DNA of 64,000 nucleotides from an uncultured Candidatus Saccharibacteria bacterium (lineage in GTDB: Bacteria > Patescibacteriota > SICC01), in assembly GCA_964476895.1 (NCBI GenBank), contig CAYZCS010000001.1, positions 1,351-65,350 on the forward strand, read 5' to 3'. Numbering within the stretch: position 1 is the stretch's first letter; every line of letters begins with the position of its first letter. Under the pieces are notes generated by a model. The model was not told the DNA's origin and searched no databases. It saw only the letters and a list, made by a program, of their open reading frames with translations. Below are positions 1-8,480 of this stretch, in pieces. A program made the position numbers and the translations under genes.

Positions 1-29
1 CACTGCGCGGCCGGAAATTGCTCAACCTT

Positions 30-917
30 TCAGAAAAGCTGATCATCGGCAGTACTGAAGCGCGCCTTTTCCATAAAGTCCGCGTTTTCATGAAACTGCC
101 CCTCGTTATCAATAAAACCAGCACAGTATCTCGGGTTAATGAGATCGTCGACACGGCTTCCATCGGCATCAACCTTCGGAAGATAAAAGTCAGCTGGAAG
201 TGTATCCTCGTTCTGAGAAATCACCTCCCGAGCCGGCGACAACTCACTTTCCTGCGTCGGAAAAGCAAAGACAAATCTCCCGATCTTGGACGTGCCGTAG
301 TACCCACTCACTAAAGCCCGCCCCGTATAATCTGGGTCGGTATCAGCAATCGACTCGTCAATAAAGAGCAGGCGTTGTTCGGGATTATAATTCCCCATGG
401 GCAGCCCGCCTTCGCCCGCCAAAAGTGTTTCAGCCTCTTCGAGAGAGCTGGCAAGCAACTGATTCAGTCCGAGTGCATACCGCCCATCCACTTTACGATC
501 GAGCCTATCTGGCAGCTTTCCGCCGAAGAGCTCTCCGGCCGAAGCCTCAAGGTTTTCTCTTATCCGTGAATTATCTACGACCTCCCTACTCTCCGCGATG
601 AAGGAACGATCCTGGTCCAGTTCTTTCCGGCGTTGTTCGGATAATCCACCCCACCACTCACTGAATGACTCGAAACCAGGATCTCCGGGCTTGGGTTCTC
701 CGGAATAAATGTAGAGATCTGCATTCTCCAGGTCGCGCTCCTCCTCTTCCGAGCGTTCGGGCTCACCCAACAGATCCTCCATCCCTGCATCTAGATCAAA
801 ACCCTGACCTGTTTCGGCCGTAACCTCAGGAGGTACGCCTCTTTCATTTTCATTCCCGTCCGGTAATCTGCGCATGTTTGTATTCAGTAAATTGATTAAA
901 TTTACCACAATTATCAC
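30..917 (-). CDS. hypothetical acidic protein (stop is near the left window edge; lies in a lower-GC, ~48%, segment)
   Basis: 295-aa ORF from the track; Asp/Glu-rich; no recognisable motif; composition differs from the core genome. Confidence 0.45.
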   Translation of the reverse strand: MIIVVNLINLLNTNMRRLPDGNENERGVPPEVTAETGQGFDLDAGMEDLLGEPERSEEEERDLENADLYIYSGEPKPGDPGFESFSEWWGGLSEQRRKELDQDRSFIAESREVVDNSRIRENLEASAGELFGGKLPDRLDRKVDGRYALGLNQLLASSLEEAETLLAGEGGLPMGNYNPEQRLLFIDESIADTDPDYTGRALVSGYYGTSKIGRFVFAFPTQESELSPAREVISQNEDTLPADFYLPKVDADGSRVDDLINPRYCAGFIDNEGQFHENADFMEKARFSTADDQLF

Positions 918-978
918 GCTTTTTCAAGGTTTCATGAAAGCTGGGCGACTTATGCCTGTGCAACACCCATAGAGCAAC

Positions 979-1341
979 CTAGGTTCCCATTGATGAGTAA
1001 TATCTGTCGGCCTCTGCGACCACTTTGTCACCATGTCCGGCCCTGAAATGATCAAGCCGGGGCTTAAGGTGGGCAGTGCTGTGTTCGAGCCAGAGACGCA
1101 CACCCTCTGATCCCAGACCTCCATACAAAGCCATGCCTATGCGATATAACTTTTCCGGTGCACCAGGATCTATGCTCCTGAGTTCTTCGATCTCTGCCTG
1201 ATCCAGGCCGGTCAGGGTAACACTGTCAGCTAAGATGTCGCCGGTCAGGTCTGGCTTGGGAGGAGGCTCGATCTCTACATACGCCGGAGCACCCTGCTCA
1301 AGGAGCTCAAACGCCGCCTGCCTTAGATCCTCTCTAGCCAT
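979..1341 (-). CDS. hypothetical protein
   Basis: 120-aa ORF, no recognisable motif; sits between the left low-GC gene and the tRNA-Trp repeat. Confidence 0.4.
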   Translation of the reverse strand: MAREDLRQAAFELLEQGAPAYVEIEPPPKPDLTGDILADSVTLTGLDQAEIEELRSIDPGAPEKLYRIGMALYGGLGSEGVRLWLEHSTAHLKPRLDHFRAGHGDKVVAEADRYYSSMGT

Positions 1342-1363
1342 GGTCCCAGCATTATACCTCTTC

Positions 1364-1404
1364 TGCAGAGCGGAGGGATTCGTACCCCCGACACCGGGCT
1401 TTGA
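1364..1404 (-). repeat. imperfect direct repeat of the 3' half of tRNA-Trp (T-arm plus part of the anticodon stem); att-like scar or pseudo-tRNA fragment
   Basis: tgcagagcggagggattcgtacccccgacaccgggctttg versus tgcaggggtggagggattcgaacccccgacaccgggttttg at 1963-2003 (about 35/41 identical, same orientation); it does not fold into a complete cloverleaf, and the T-loop is TACGAAT rather than TTCGAAT. Confidence 0.6.
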
Positions 1405-1424
1405 AGCCTCTGGTTGTTAAGCCG

Positions 1425-1943
1425 CTATCTGACTACGGCGAATGCCCTGACCGGACTACCGTCACCATCAGTGATTTTCAGAGGCATGCCGAAGAACTCG
1501 AACCTTTCTGGAAGCTCCTCGGTGTTAGAGAGCCTCTCAAAGAGTAAAACGTCGTGCTCAAGAAGGAACTTCTCGACCGATTCATCCGCCTCTTTGCTCA
1601 ATCCAATAAACTTAGGGCGCGAGGGTAAGATTTGCTTTGCGATTTCCATGGTTAATGCTTCTCGAAATACTACGCCGGTTTCAGGACCAACGTCGACACC
1701 TGGCTTGTAGATTACGGCGTTCCCGCAAAATTCGGCGAGATCGTAATCATCGAGCAATCTCCCGTTTTCCACGCAGTGGACTTGGGCATTCACGTGCGTC
1801 CCATCATGAGCATTGAGGTGAAGCCGCTTCATGTTCCATTCATCCTTAGCAATCGTATGGAGTTGTTCGATGTCTACCTCTGGGTCTCCGGGGTACACGA
1901 ACATCCCCTGCTGAATCGGGACTGATAGGTCGATGATCTTCAT
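1425..1943 (-). CDS. cyclase-family protein (kynurenine formamidase-like)
   Basis: HDGTHVNAQVH resembles the cyclase-family HxGTHxDxPxH motif; start taken at the internal ATG (MKIIDLS) because the longer GTG-start ORF would overlap the tRNA. Confidence 0.55.
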   Translation of the reverse strand: MKIIDLSVPIQQGMFVYPGDPEVDIEQLHTIAKDEWNMKRLHLNAHDGTHVNAQVHCVENGRLLDDYDLAEFCGNAVIYKPGVDVGPETGVVFREALTMEIAKQILPSRPKFIGLSKEADESVEKFLLEHDVLLFERLSNTEELPERFEFFGMPLKITDGDGSPVRAFAVVR

Positions 1944-1964
1944 GGTTTGAGCATTGAGATACTG

Positions 1965-2038
1965 CAGGGGTGGAGGGATTCGAACCCCCGACACCGGGTT
2001 TTGGAGACCCGTGCTCTGCCAGACTGAGCTACACCCCT
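1965..2038 (-). tRNA. tRNA-Trp (anticodon CCA)
   Basis: reverse complement folds as a cloverleaf: acceptor AGGGGTG/CACCCCT, anticodon loop CTCCAAA, T-loop GGTTCGAATCC, discriminator G. Confidence 0.85.
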
Positions 2039-2111
2039 AAATCGCGTAGCGCTCCCCCATTATGGCACTACGAGCGCACCGCGTGCACTCGCCCCACCCA
2101 CTCCGCGTGAG

Positions 2112-2273
2112 CTACTTCGTCTCTTTGTGCAGCGTGTGCTTGCCGCAGCGCGAGCAATGCTTCTTCAGCTCCAAGCGGTCTTGCGTAGTCCGCCGGTTCT
2201 TGGTCGTGTGGTAGTTGTGCTCCTTGCACGCCGTGCATTCGAGCGTGATCACTGGTCGGATGTCCTTAGCCAT
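2112..2273 (-). CDS. rpmG: 50S ribosomal protein L33
   Basis: 53-aa ORF below the track cutoff: [53 protein letters not shown], the classical L33 zinc-ribbon sequence. Confidence 0.85.
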   Translation of the reverse strand: MAKDIRPVITLECTACKEHNYHTTKNRRTTQDRLELKKHCSRCGKHTLHKETK

Positions 2274-2299
2274 ACCAGGTTACGATACCATGGAATCGC

Positions 2300-2373
2300 G
2301 CCGCCTTAGCTCAGTTGGCCAGAGCAACTGTTTTGTAAACAGTAGGTCCTCGGTTCGAATCCGAGAGGCGGCT
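2300..2373 (+). tRNA. tRNA-Thr (anticodon TGT)
   Basis: GCCGCCT acceptor, anticodon stem ACTGT/ACAGT with loop TTTGTAA, T-loop GGTTCGAATCC, short variable loop. Confidence 0.85.
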
Positions 2374-3128
2374 CAGCGCCGGTCGGAATCCATGGTGACA
2401 CCCTCACCATCGGGAAGCTGCATCAACCTATCGAGCATGGACTGGTAGCTCTTGTTGTCAAAGAAAAGCTGTTCCCGTACTTTCGCCTCGACCTCTTCCG
2501 TGCCGATCGCGATCTCCAGTTGAGGAGGACTATCGCCACCACCCGGCGTCCTGAGGATATCGCCCCTATTGACCCGAACCGGTACATCCAAGGCGCCTTC
2601 CAGCGGACAATCTTTTGGCCATGCGAACTTGCCCGGTCTCTTCGTCGTCAATGAACCTGCGCGAACACCATGGTCACTCCCTGCACGGATATAACCGGCA
2701 CTCCCTGCACAGACATAAGAATCGGTAGGGAATCCCCACTGACCCTGTTCGCCAATGACCAGTTCCGGTCTTGCCAGGATGCCCAGGCCCATGCGCTCCA
2801 CAACGTATGGGTCTTGCCACCCCTTACCGAATACGTGTGTCTGATATTCAACTCCGCGCGAGATCACCAGTACCGGTTCATTGACGTGCGCCGCCACGCG
2901 CTCTTCGAGTGAACGGAACAAGTCTACTGCCTCTTGGTCGAGTCCATGGTTCCGGTGGATCACGTGATCAACCAGCCGGTCGCCGGTGGTTTCGCCGGCA
3001 TGTATCCGGTCATATAATTCCCGATTCTTTCCGTCGTATATCGCAAACTGGGCTTCGCGGTTCGCCTCCGCAGCTACGGCTTCGGCCCGCGCTGCTTCGA
3101 TTTCACCTAGATCGATCGGACGACTCAT
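2373..3128 (-). CDS. hypothetical protein
   Basis: 251-aa ORF with ATG start; no motif recognised; its stop abuts the tRNA-Thr 3' end. Confidence 0.5.
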   Translation of the reverse strand: MSRPIDLGEIEAARAEAVAAEANREAQFAIYDGKNRELYDRIHAGETTGDRLVDHVIHRNHGLDQEAVDLFRSLEERVAAHVNEPVLVISRGVEYQTHVFGKGWQDPYVVERMGLGILARPELVIGEQGQWGFPTDSYVCAGSAGYIRAGSDHGVRAGSLTTKRPGKFAWPKDCPLEGALDVPVRVNRGDILRTPGGGDSPPQLEIAIGTEEVEAKVREQLFFDNKSYQSMLDRLMQLPDGEGVTMDSDRR

Positions 3129-3191
3129 AAATGGTAACTCCCTGTTAGTAACCAGCCAGTGTAGCAGAAAAATATTCCTTTGCGGCTACTG

Positions 3192-3275
3192 TGCTGGGAG
3201 AGGGATTCGAACCCCCGAAGGCATAAAGCCAGCAGATTTACAGTCTGCCCCGTTTGGCCGCTTCGGTATCCCAGC
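3192..3275 (-). tRNA. tRNA-Tyr (anticodon GTA), class II with long variable arm
   Basis: reverse complement GCTGGGATACCGAAGCGGCCAAACGGGGCAGACTGTAAATCTGC...GGGGGTTCGAATCCCTCTCCCAGCA. Confidence 0.85.
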
Positions 3276-3298
3276 AAGTTGTTAATCGATCGCCCCTG

Positions 3299-3371
3299 AG
3301 CCGAGACCGGGATTCGAACCCGGGACCTCATCCTTACCATGGATGCGCTCTGCCAGCTGAGCTATCTCGGC
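3299..3371 (-). tRNA. tRNA-Thr (anticodon GGT)
   Basis: reverse complement GCCGAGATAGCTCAGCTGGCAGAGCGCATCCATGGTAAGGATGAGGTCCCGGGTTCGAATCCCGGTCTCGGCT. Confidence 0.85.
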
Positions 3372-3420
3372 GTACCATACCATTGTAAACAAACTCGTGC
3401 CCAACGCCTGCCGATTGAAC

Positions 3421-3723
3421 CTATTGTTCGGATCCGAGCTCTTCGCGTAACGTCCGTGCTTCTTCCGAATAGCCGCTGGCCAAAGCGTCACAGATATCAG
3501 CCTGGCGGCGCACGATCCTTTGCAAAGATTCATCTCGTGACAGGTGTGCCGCATCGGGCGCCATCGTTTCATGGGTAACGTGTCTTTCCAGGATCTGCCG
3601 CTGCATCTCGAGTTCTTCTCGAGATCTCGGAAGCCCGTCTTGTGCCATCACGAACTCGACCGTCTGCGCCAACTTCTCGGGCGTCAATTCCCCCAGAACG
3701 GTTTCGGAATTCCGTTCGGCCAT
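3421..3723 (-). CDS. hypothetical protein (about 100 aa)
   Basis: start taken at the ATG overlapping the upstream TAA (TAATG); the longer track ORF 3421..3948 would overlap the TPR gene. Confidence 0.4.
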   Translation of the reverse strand: MAERNSETVLGELTPEKLAQTVEFVMAQDGLPRSREELEMQRQILERHVTHETMAPDAAHLSRDESLQRIVRRQADICDALASGYSEEARTLREELGSEQ

Positions 3724-4586
3724 TACTTCTTCAGAACCTTGTTGAACTGGGTCCGACCCTTCTTGTCGGTGAGCATTCGCTCCACCTCCGCCAGCCGGTT
3801 GAGCACGAAGAAATTCCGCGGGTCGAGCTTCTTGGCCGCTTCGAACGCCTCCTTGGCATCGTCGAGCTGGCCGAGCTGCTGGTACACCTGCCCGATCCGG
3901 GTCATGTACTTGATGTTCTTCGGCTGCTGGACGAGGATCTTCAGGCACGCTTCCTCGCAGCGCTCGTACTCGCGGTCCCGCCAGGCCTGATCGGCCTCCG
4001 CGGAGAGGTGTTCGAAGTTGTCCGGCGTGCTCCGGGTACCGTCGTGGTAGGCCGGCTGCGACGGCCGCGCCGGCATGCTGGTCACACGTTCACCGGGCGC
4101 CCGGGTGACGGACCGGACCTGCGGAGCTTCCCGGGGCGGTTCGGGTTCGGACTGCGCCGGTTCGGCTTCCGGCTCCGGTTCCGCGGCGGGCTCTTCTTCG
4201 GCAATGGGTTCCGGCTGCTTCTCCTCAATCGCGGAATCTTCCGACGTGTCGGCGGCGGGCGCCGGGCGCTCTTCCGGCGCATCCTGCGGTTTCGACTTGG
4301 ATTCCTGCACTTCCGGCTCGGCCGTGATCGGTTTCTTCTTGAGCAGTCCGCCGGCGATCTCCGTCACCTTGTGGACCGTCCGGTCCGCGACTTGTCCGGC
4401 CTGACGAGCATGCTCACGGACCGCCTCGGTCGTGCGCTCCACCGGCGACCCTTCCGGCTCCGCGGTCTCGGCCTGCGGTACATCCACGTTGTCCACGCCG
4501 AAAATCCGCGCTTCCACGTCCGGCCAGCGGCGCGAGGCATACACGATGCCGGCGACGAGGGCGAGGAGGACGAGTGCGGTTAGCAT
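3723..4586 (-). CDS. membrane-anchored TPR-repeat protein with a long acidic/Pro-rich linker
   Basis: N-terminal hydrophobic helix, low-complexity PEPE/EPAAEPE linker, C-terminal TPR-like helices (YQQLGQLDDAKEAFEAAKKLDP). Confidence 0.6.
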   Translation of the reverse strand: MLTALVLLALVAGIVYASRRWPDVEARIFGVDNVDVPQAETAEPEGSPVERTTEAVREHARQAGQVADRTVHKVTEIAGGLLKKKPITAEPEVQESKSKPQDAPEERPAPAADTSEDSAIEEKQPEPIAEEEPAAEPEPEAEPAQSEPEPPREAPQVRSVTRAPGERVTSMPARPSQPAYHDGTRSTPDNFEHLSAEADQAWRDREYERCEEACLKILVQQPKNIKYMTRIGQVYQQLGQLDDAKEAFEAAKKLDPRNFFVLNRLAEVERMLTDKKGRTQFNKVLKK

Positions 4587-4589
4587 GGT

Positions 4590-5543
4590 TTAGCCTAGGT
4601 TGAGCAGCAGATGCTCAATAAGTAGCTGAGTGTTGGGATTGTAGCGAAGATTTCGCCGCGCGGCAAATAGCCTGACCAATCCGGCGCTCCGATGCGAGGC
4701 AGACAGTTGTTCAGTAAGCTTCCGACCGGCCGGCGTGGCGTCTTCCCGGAGCGAGGAACGGAAGATGCCGATCCAGGTATCGAGCGTCTCGCGGAGCACG
4801 TCGCGGTCCTCGGCCAGCGCCTTAGCACTGGCCAGGCGGCCGGGAACGGATGCTCCCAGCACCTCGAACAGTGCCGCCTCCTGCGCCGCCACGGCTTCCG
4901 AAACCGCCGGGTCCGTCAGCAGGCGGATCGCGTTGCCCGGGCGGTGCTCCGCACGGGCGGCCAGCGACTCCGCCTCCGGCGCATCCTGCTCCGCCAAGGC
5001 GGCGGCGAGATCTTCGGTCGCGACGGGACCGAGCGCGATCCGCTGGCACCGTGAGACCGTCGTCGGGAGCAGGCTCGCGGGAGACGTGGTCGTCAGCACC
5101 AATACGGCCCGGGACGGCGGCTCCTCGAGCACCTTCAGGAGCGCGTTCTGGGCCGGAATCCCGAGCCGGCCGGCCTCCGGGATGATGCCGATCTGGTACC
5201 GCCCGGTGTGCGGACGGAGTTCCAACGTATGGGTCAGCTCGCGCACCTGTTCGATGCCGACGGACCCCTCCTGGGGCAGCTCATGGAAGTCGGGATGATT
5301 GCCGGCCGCAAGCAGCTGGCACGAGGTGCAGGCACCGCAAGCGGCCAGGTCATCGCCCTTCGGAACGTCGCCCGTGCACAGCAGGGCGACGGCGAACCGT
5401 TCGGCGAGCGTCCGCTTGCCAACCCCGGCCGGCCCGGTGACCAGGTACGCGTGGTTCCCGGCGCCCGCGGCCCGCTTCCGGAGCCGGGCGACCGCCCCGC
5501 CGTTCCCGATGAATGACCGTTCGCTCGTTTCCATCGGCCCCAT
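4590..5543 (-). CDS. holB: DNA polymerase III subunit delta'
   Basis: Walker A GPAGVGKRT, the CxxC zinc module and LKVLEEPP...LLPTTVSRCQ sensor motifs. Confidence 0.8.
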   Translation of the reverse strand: MGPMETSERSFIGNGGAVARLRKRAAGAGNHAYLVTGPAGVGKRTLAERFAVALLCTGDVPKGDDLAACGACTSCQLLAAGNHPDFHELPQEGSVGIEQVRELTHTLELRPHTGRYQIGIIPEAGRLGIPAQNALLKVLEEPPSRAVLVLTTTSPASLLPTTVSRCQRIALGPVATEDLAAALAEQDAPEAESLAARAEHRPGNAIRLLTDPAVSEAVAAQEAALFEVLGASVPGRLASAKALAEDRDVLRETLDTWIGIFRSSLREDATPAGRKLTEQLSASHRSAGLVRLFAARRNLRYNPNTQLLIEHLLLNLG

Positions 5544-5622
5544 TGTACCTCACGTATTTTTACCGTAACCAAGCTACGTATCACTTGATTCAGGCGACCG
5601 GGCGTGCTATCATGCTTCTCCG

Positions 5623-5931
5623 ATGATCGAAGTACGCGACCACCAGATCGAATGCGCCAAGTGCGGGAAGACGTTCACCTTCACCGCCGGCGAAGCGAAG
5701 TCCTTCAACGAGAAGGGGCTCACGAACATCCCGAAAAAGTGCCCGGCCTGCCGCGCCAAGGACCGCGCCAAGCAAGAGCAGAAGGTCCGCGCGACCGTCC
5801 AGTGCGCTTCCTGCGGCACGAGCTTCGAAGTACCGTTCGAGCCCACCCGGAACGCCGACGGCACGCCGGCACGCCGGCTCTACTGCATCGAACACTTCGA
5901 GAGCCGCGGCGCCGGACAGAACCCGGCCTGA
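5623..5931 (+). CDS. zinc-ribbon domain protein (two CxxC...CxxC units)
   Basis: CAKCG...CPACR and CASCG...C...C...H spacing. Confidence 0.5.
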   Translation: MIEVRDHQIECAKCGKTFTFTAGEAKSFNEKGLTNIPKKCPACRAKDRAKQEQKVRATVQCASCGTSFEVPFEPTRNADGTPARRLYCIEHFESRGAGQNPA

Positions 5932-5940
5932 CTCCGGCGA

Positions 5941-6537
5941 CTAGCCGGCTGCCTGGTTCCGCGATGCGACCGCGTCCCGGACCAGTCCGGTCAGCTCCCG
6001 GGCGGCCGTTTCCAGATCGTCGTTGATGACCTCCGCATCGAATTCGTGACGCGCCTTGAGTTCGATGGCGGCCGTCCGCAGGCGCTTCTCCATCTGTTCC
6101 GGCGTATCCGTTCCCCGCTCCCGGAGCCGTTTCTCGAGCTCGACATCGCTCGGCGGCGAGATGAAGACCAGCGTCGCCTCGGGAATGTTCCGGCGCACCT
6201 GGCGGGCACCCTGCACTTCGATCTCCAGGATGACGGAATCGCCGTCCTTGAGATGTCGCTCGACCTCGCCCCGGAGCGTGCCGTACTGATACCCGGCATA
6301 TTCCGCGTGCTCGACGAATTCCCCCGCGGCGATACGGCGGTCGAATTCTTCGGGTGACAGGTAGTAGTAATCGACTCCCTCCCGTTCCCCTTCCCGGCAC
6401 GGCCGTGTGGTCGCCGACACGGAGTAGGCGAGGTGCGGGATCCGCTCACGGATAATCCGGATCAACGTGCCCTTCCCGACGCCGGACGGGCCCGTCACGA
6501 CGATCAGTGCTCCACGCTGGTCTGCGGTCTTGCTCAT
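5941..6537 (-). CDS. gmk: guanylate kinase
   Basis: P-loop GPSGVGKGT and the ATTRPCREGEREGVDYYYLS signature. Confidence 0.9.
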   Translation of the reverse strand: MSKTADQRGALIVVTGPSGVGKGTLIRIIRERIPHLAYSVSATTRPCREGEREGVDYYYLSPEEFDRRIAAGEFVEHAEYAGYQYGTLRGEVERHLKDGDSVILEIEVQGARQVRRNIPEATLVFISPPSDVELEKRLRERGTDTPEQMEKRLRTAAIELKARHEFDAEVINDDLETAARELTGLVRDAVASRNQAAG

Positions 6538-7250
6538 GTGCTTGTGTCGGATTCCCGGGCGGGCTCGTCCAATCCTCGCAGGAATACCTTTAAATCATCC
6601 GGGAGCGGATCCTCCACGGTCAAGGAGCGCTTCGTCCGCGGATGGATGAACCGGAGCTTCGCGGCGTGCAGGAACTGGCGGCCGAGGCCGGGATCCGCCG
6701 TGCCGTACACCGCGTCACCGACGATCGGATGCCGCAGCGCCGCCAGGTGTACGCGGATCTGATGGGTCCGGCCGGTCTTGGGCTCCACTTCGAGCAACGT
6801 CCGGCCGGGATACGCGCGTACCGTGCGGTACGTGGTTGAGGCCGGCTTGCCGTCCGGCCGGACGGCATAGCGCTTGCGGTCGGCGTGGTGCCGGGCGATC
6901 GGCGCGTCGATCTCGGCGGCCGGCTTGGCGGGCGTTCCCTCCACGAGTGCCCGGTACCATTTCCGCACGCGGCGGTCCTGGAACTGCGCGGAAAGGTCCC
7001 GTGCCGCCGCATCCGTCTTCGCGATGATCAAAAGCCCCGAGGTGTCACGGTCCAGCCGGTGCACCAGGCCGTGGCGCTCGAGCCGCCGGGTCGCCGGGAC
7101 GGCCGTGTCGAGCCAGTCGAGCAGCGTGCCGGTCGGTCGGCCCGCGCCGGGGTGCACCGTCAGTCCCGCCGGCTTGCCGATCACCGCCAGGTCGTCATCT
7201 TCGTAGCGAATCACCGGCCGAGGGGCGTCCGCCGTGGTGCGTTCAGTCAC
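6534..7250 (-). CDS. RluA-family rRNA pseudouridine synthase (RluD-like, no S4 domain)
   Basis: HRLDRDTSGLL catalytic motif; overlaps the gmk start by 4 nt. Confidence 0.8.
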   Translation of the reverse strand: MTERTTADAPRPVIRYEDDDLAVIGKPAGLTVHPGAGRPTGTLLDWLDTAVPATRRLERHGLVHRLDRDTSGLLIIAKTDAAARDLSAQFQDRRVRKWYRALVEGTPAKPAAEIDAPIARHHADRKRYAVRPDGKPASTTYRTVRAYPGRTLLEVEPKTGRTHQIRVHLAALRHPIVGDAVYGTADPGLGRQFLHAAKLRFIHPRTKRSLTVEDPLPDDLKVFLRGLDEPARESDTST

Positions 7251-7686
7251 CGCCGTCCTTCCGCCACACCGCGAGGAGCAGCGCCAGCCCGCCGAGCAGG
7301 ATCCAGATGTCCGCCAGGTTGAAGTGCGACGACGGCCCGATCGCGACGATGTCCAGCGCGCCGCCGTAGAGCAGCCGGTCGATGGTGTTCCCCACCGCGC
7401 CGGCCAGGAGCAGCCAGAGCCCCACCCGGACCGACGGCCGCCGAGTGCGTCCCAGCAACACGGCGATGCCGAACATGATCACGAATCCGGCCGCGATCAG
7501 CAAGGTGTTGCTGAGCGGGAGGCCCAGCACACCGGAGCGGTTCACCAGCGCGCCGACGCTCACCGGACCGGCCGAGAAGGTCTCCCCGCTCTGCGAGACG
7601 ATCAGCTTGGTAAGCTGGTCGGCCGCCAGGAGCGCCAGCGCGACCAGTCCGGCCGGTTCCGGACCCCGCCCCACGACGGGCGTCAT
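7243..7686 (-). CDS. lspA: lipoprotein signal peptidase II
   Basis: NRSGVLGLP and GNTIDRLLYGGALD...FNLADIWILLG motifs; ATG at 7684-7686 overlaps the lgt stop (ATGA). Confidence 0.8.
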   Translation of the reverse strand: MTPVVGRGPEPAGLVALALLAADQLTKLIVSQSGETFSAGPVSVGALVNRSGVLGLPLSNTLLIAAGFVIMFGIAVLLGRTRRPSVRVGLWLLLAGAVGNTIDRLLYGGALDIVAIGPSSHFNLADIWILLGGLALLLAVWRKDGGD

Positions 7687-8480
7687 CGTCGCGTCCCTTC
7701 CCGGCGGCCGCGCGGTGGGCGCAGGCCGTAACGGGTCGCCAGGACCCAGAGGCTCACGCCGGACGACGCGAGGAAGACCGGCACCGTCGCACGGAGGTTC
7801 TCGGTCAGGAAGAGGGCGTCCGCCGGATGATGCCACGGTTCCAGAGCCAGCTGTACGGTGGAGACCAGTAGCAGGACCAGCCAGAACAGCATCCCGGCCG
7901 GCGCGTGCGCGGGCCGCAATCGCCAGAGCCGGTACGCATAGAAGGCGATGCCTGCGTACAACCCCGCCGCATAGAGCGCCAACGGATGGAGCCGCTCCCC
8001 GGCGGCCGCGAGCGCCGGCCGCTCCTCATAGGTCACGCCCCAGGGCACGCCGGTCGCCGTCCCGAGGTAGTCACCGTTGAGATAACTGCCGAGCCTTCCT
8101 ATCGCGAGCCCGAGGACCGCCCCGATCGCGACCACGTCGAGCCATCGCCAGAGCGGCCCGCGGTGCCGTCGGATCAGCAGCACGAGCACCAGCGATCCCG
8201 CGAGTAGGCCGCCGGCCAGTGCCAGCCGGCCGCCGCCAATCGCGAACCAGGTCGCCGGTCCCCCGATCTCGTCGGGCCGGAGCATGAGATACCAGATCCG
8301 GGCGCCGACCAGGGCGGCCAGCGTGCCGTACAGGGCATAGTCGGTCAGGTATTTCACCGGCAGCCGCGCCTGCCGGGCCAGCAGGTAGATCACCGCCACC
8401 GCGACCACGACGGCGAGCACCACGAACAGACCGTAACTATAGACGGTCAACGGTCCGAGTTCGAAGAGCATCGGATGCAT
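7683..8480 (-). CDS. lgt: prolipoprotein diacylglyceryl transferase
   Basis: polytopic membrane protein with GRLGSYLNGDYLG (Lgt signature region); first ATG (MHPMLF) used, since the track ORF extends to a TTG at 8525. Confidence 0.75.
   Translation of the reverse strand: MHPMLFELGPLTVYSYGLFVVLAVVVAVAVIYLLARQARLPVKYLTDYALYGTLAALVGARIWYLMLRPDEIGGPATWFAIGGGRLALAGGLLAGSLVLVLLIRRHRGPLWRWLDVVAIGAVLGLAIGRLGSYLNGDYLGTATGVPWGVTYEERPALAAAGERLHPLALYAAGLYAGIAFYAYRLWRLRPAHAPAGMLFWLVLLLVSTVQLALEPWHHPADALFLTENLRATVPVFLASSGVSLWVLATRYGLRPPRGRREGTRR

Noticed and set aside
1364-1440. Second functional tRNA upstream of the cyclase gene
   Set aside because: Only the T-arm half matches tRNA-Trp. The T-loop is mutated (TACGAAT) and there is no acceptor or anticodon pairing, so it was called a repeat/remnant.
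4075-4404. Several mutually overlapping ORFs (4075..4404, 4082..4282, 3544..3990) inside the TPR-protein gene
   Set aside because: They arise from the repetitive acidic/Pro-rich linker region; the long minus-strand frame with TM and TPR features is the coherent one.
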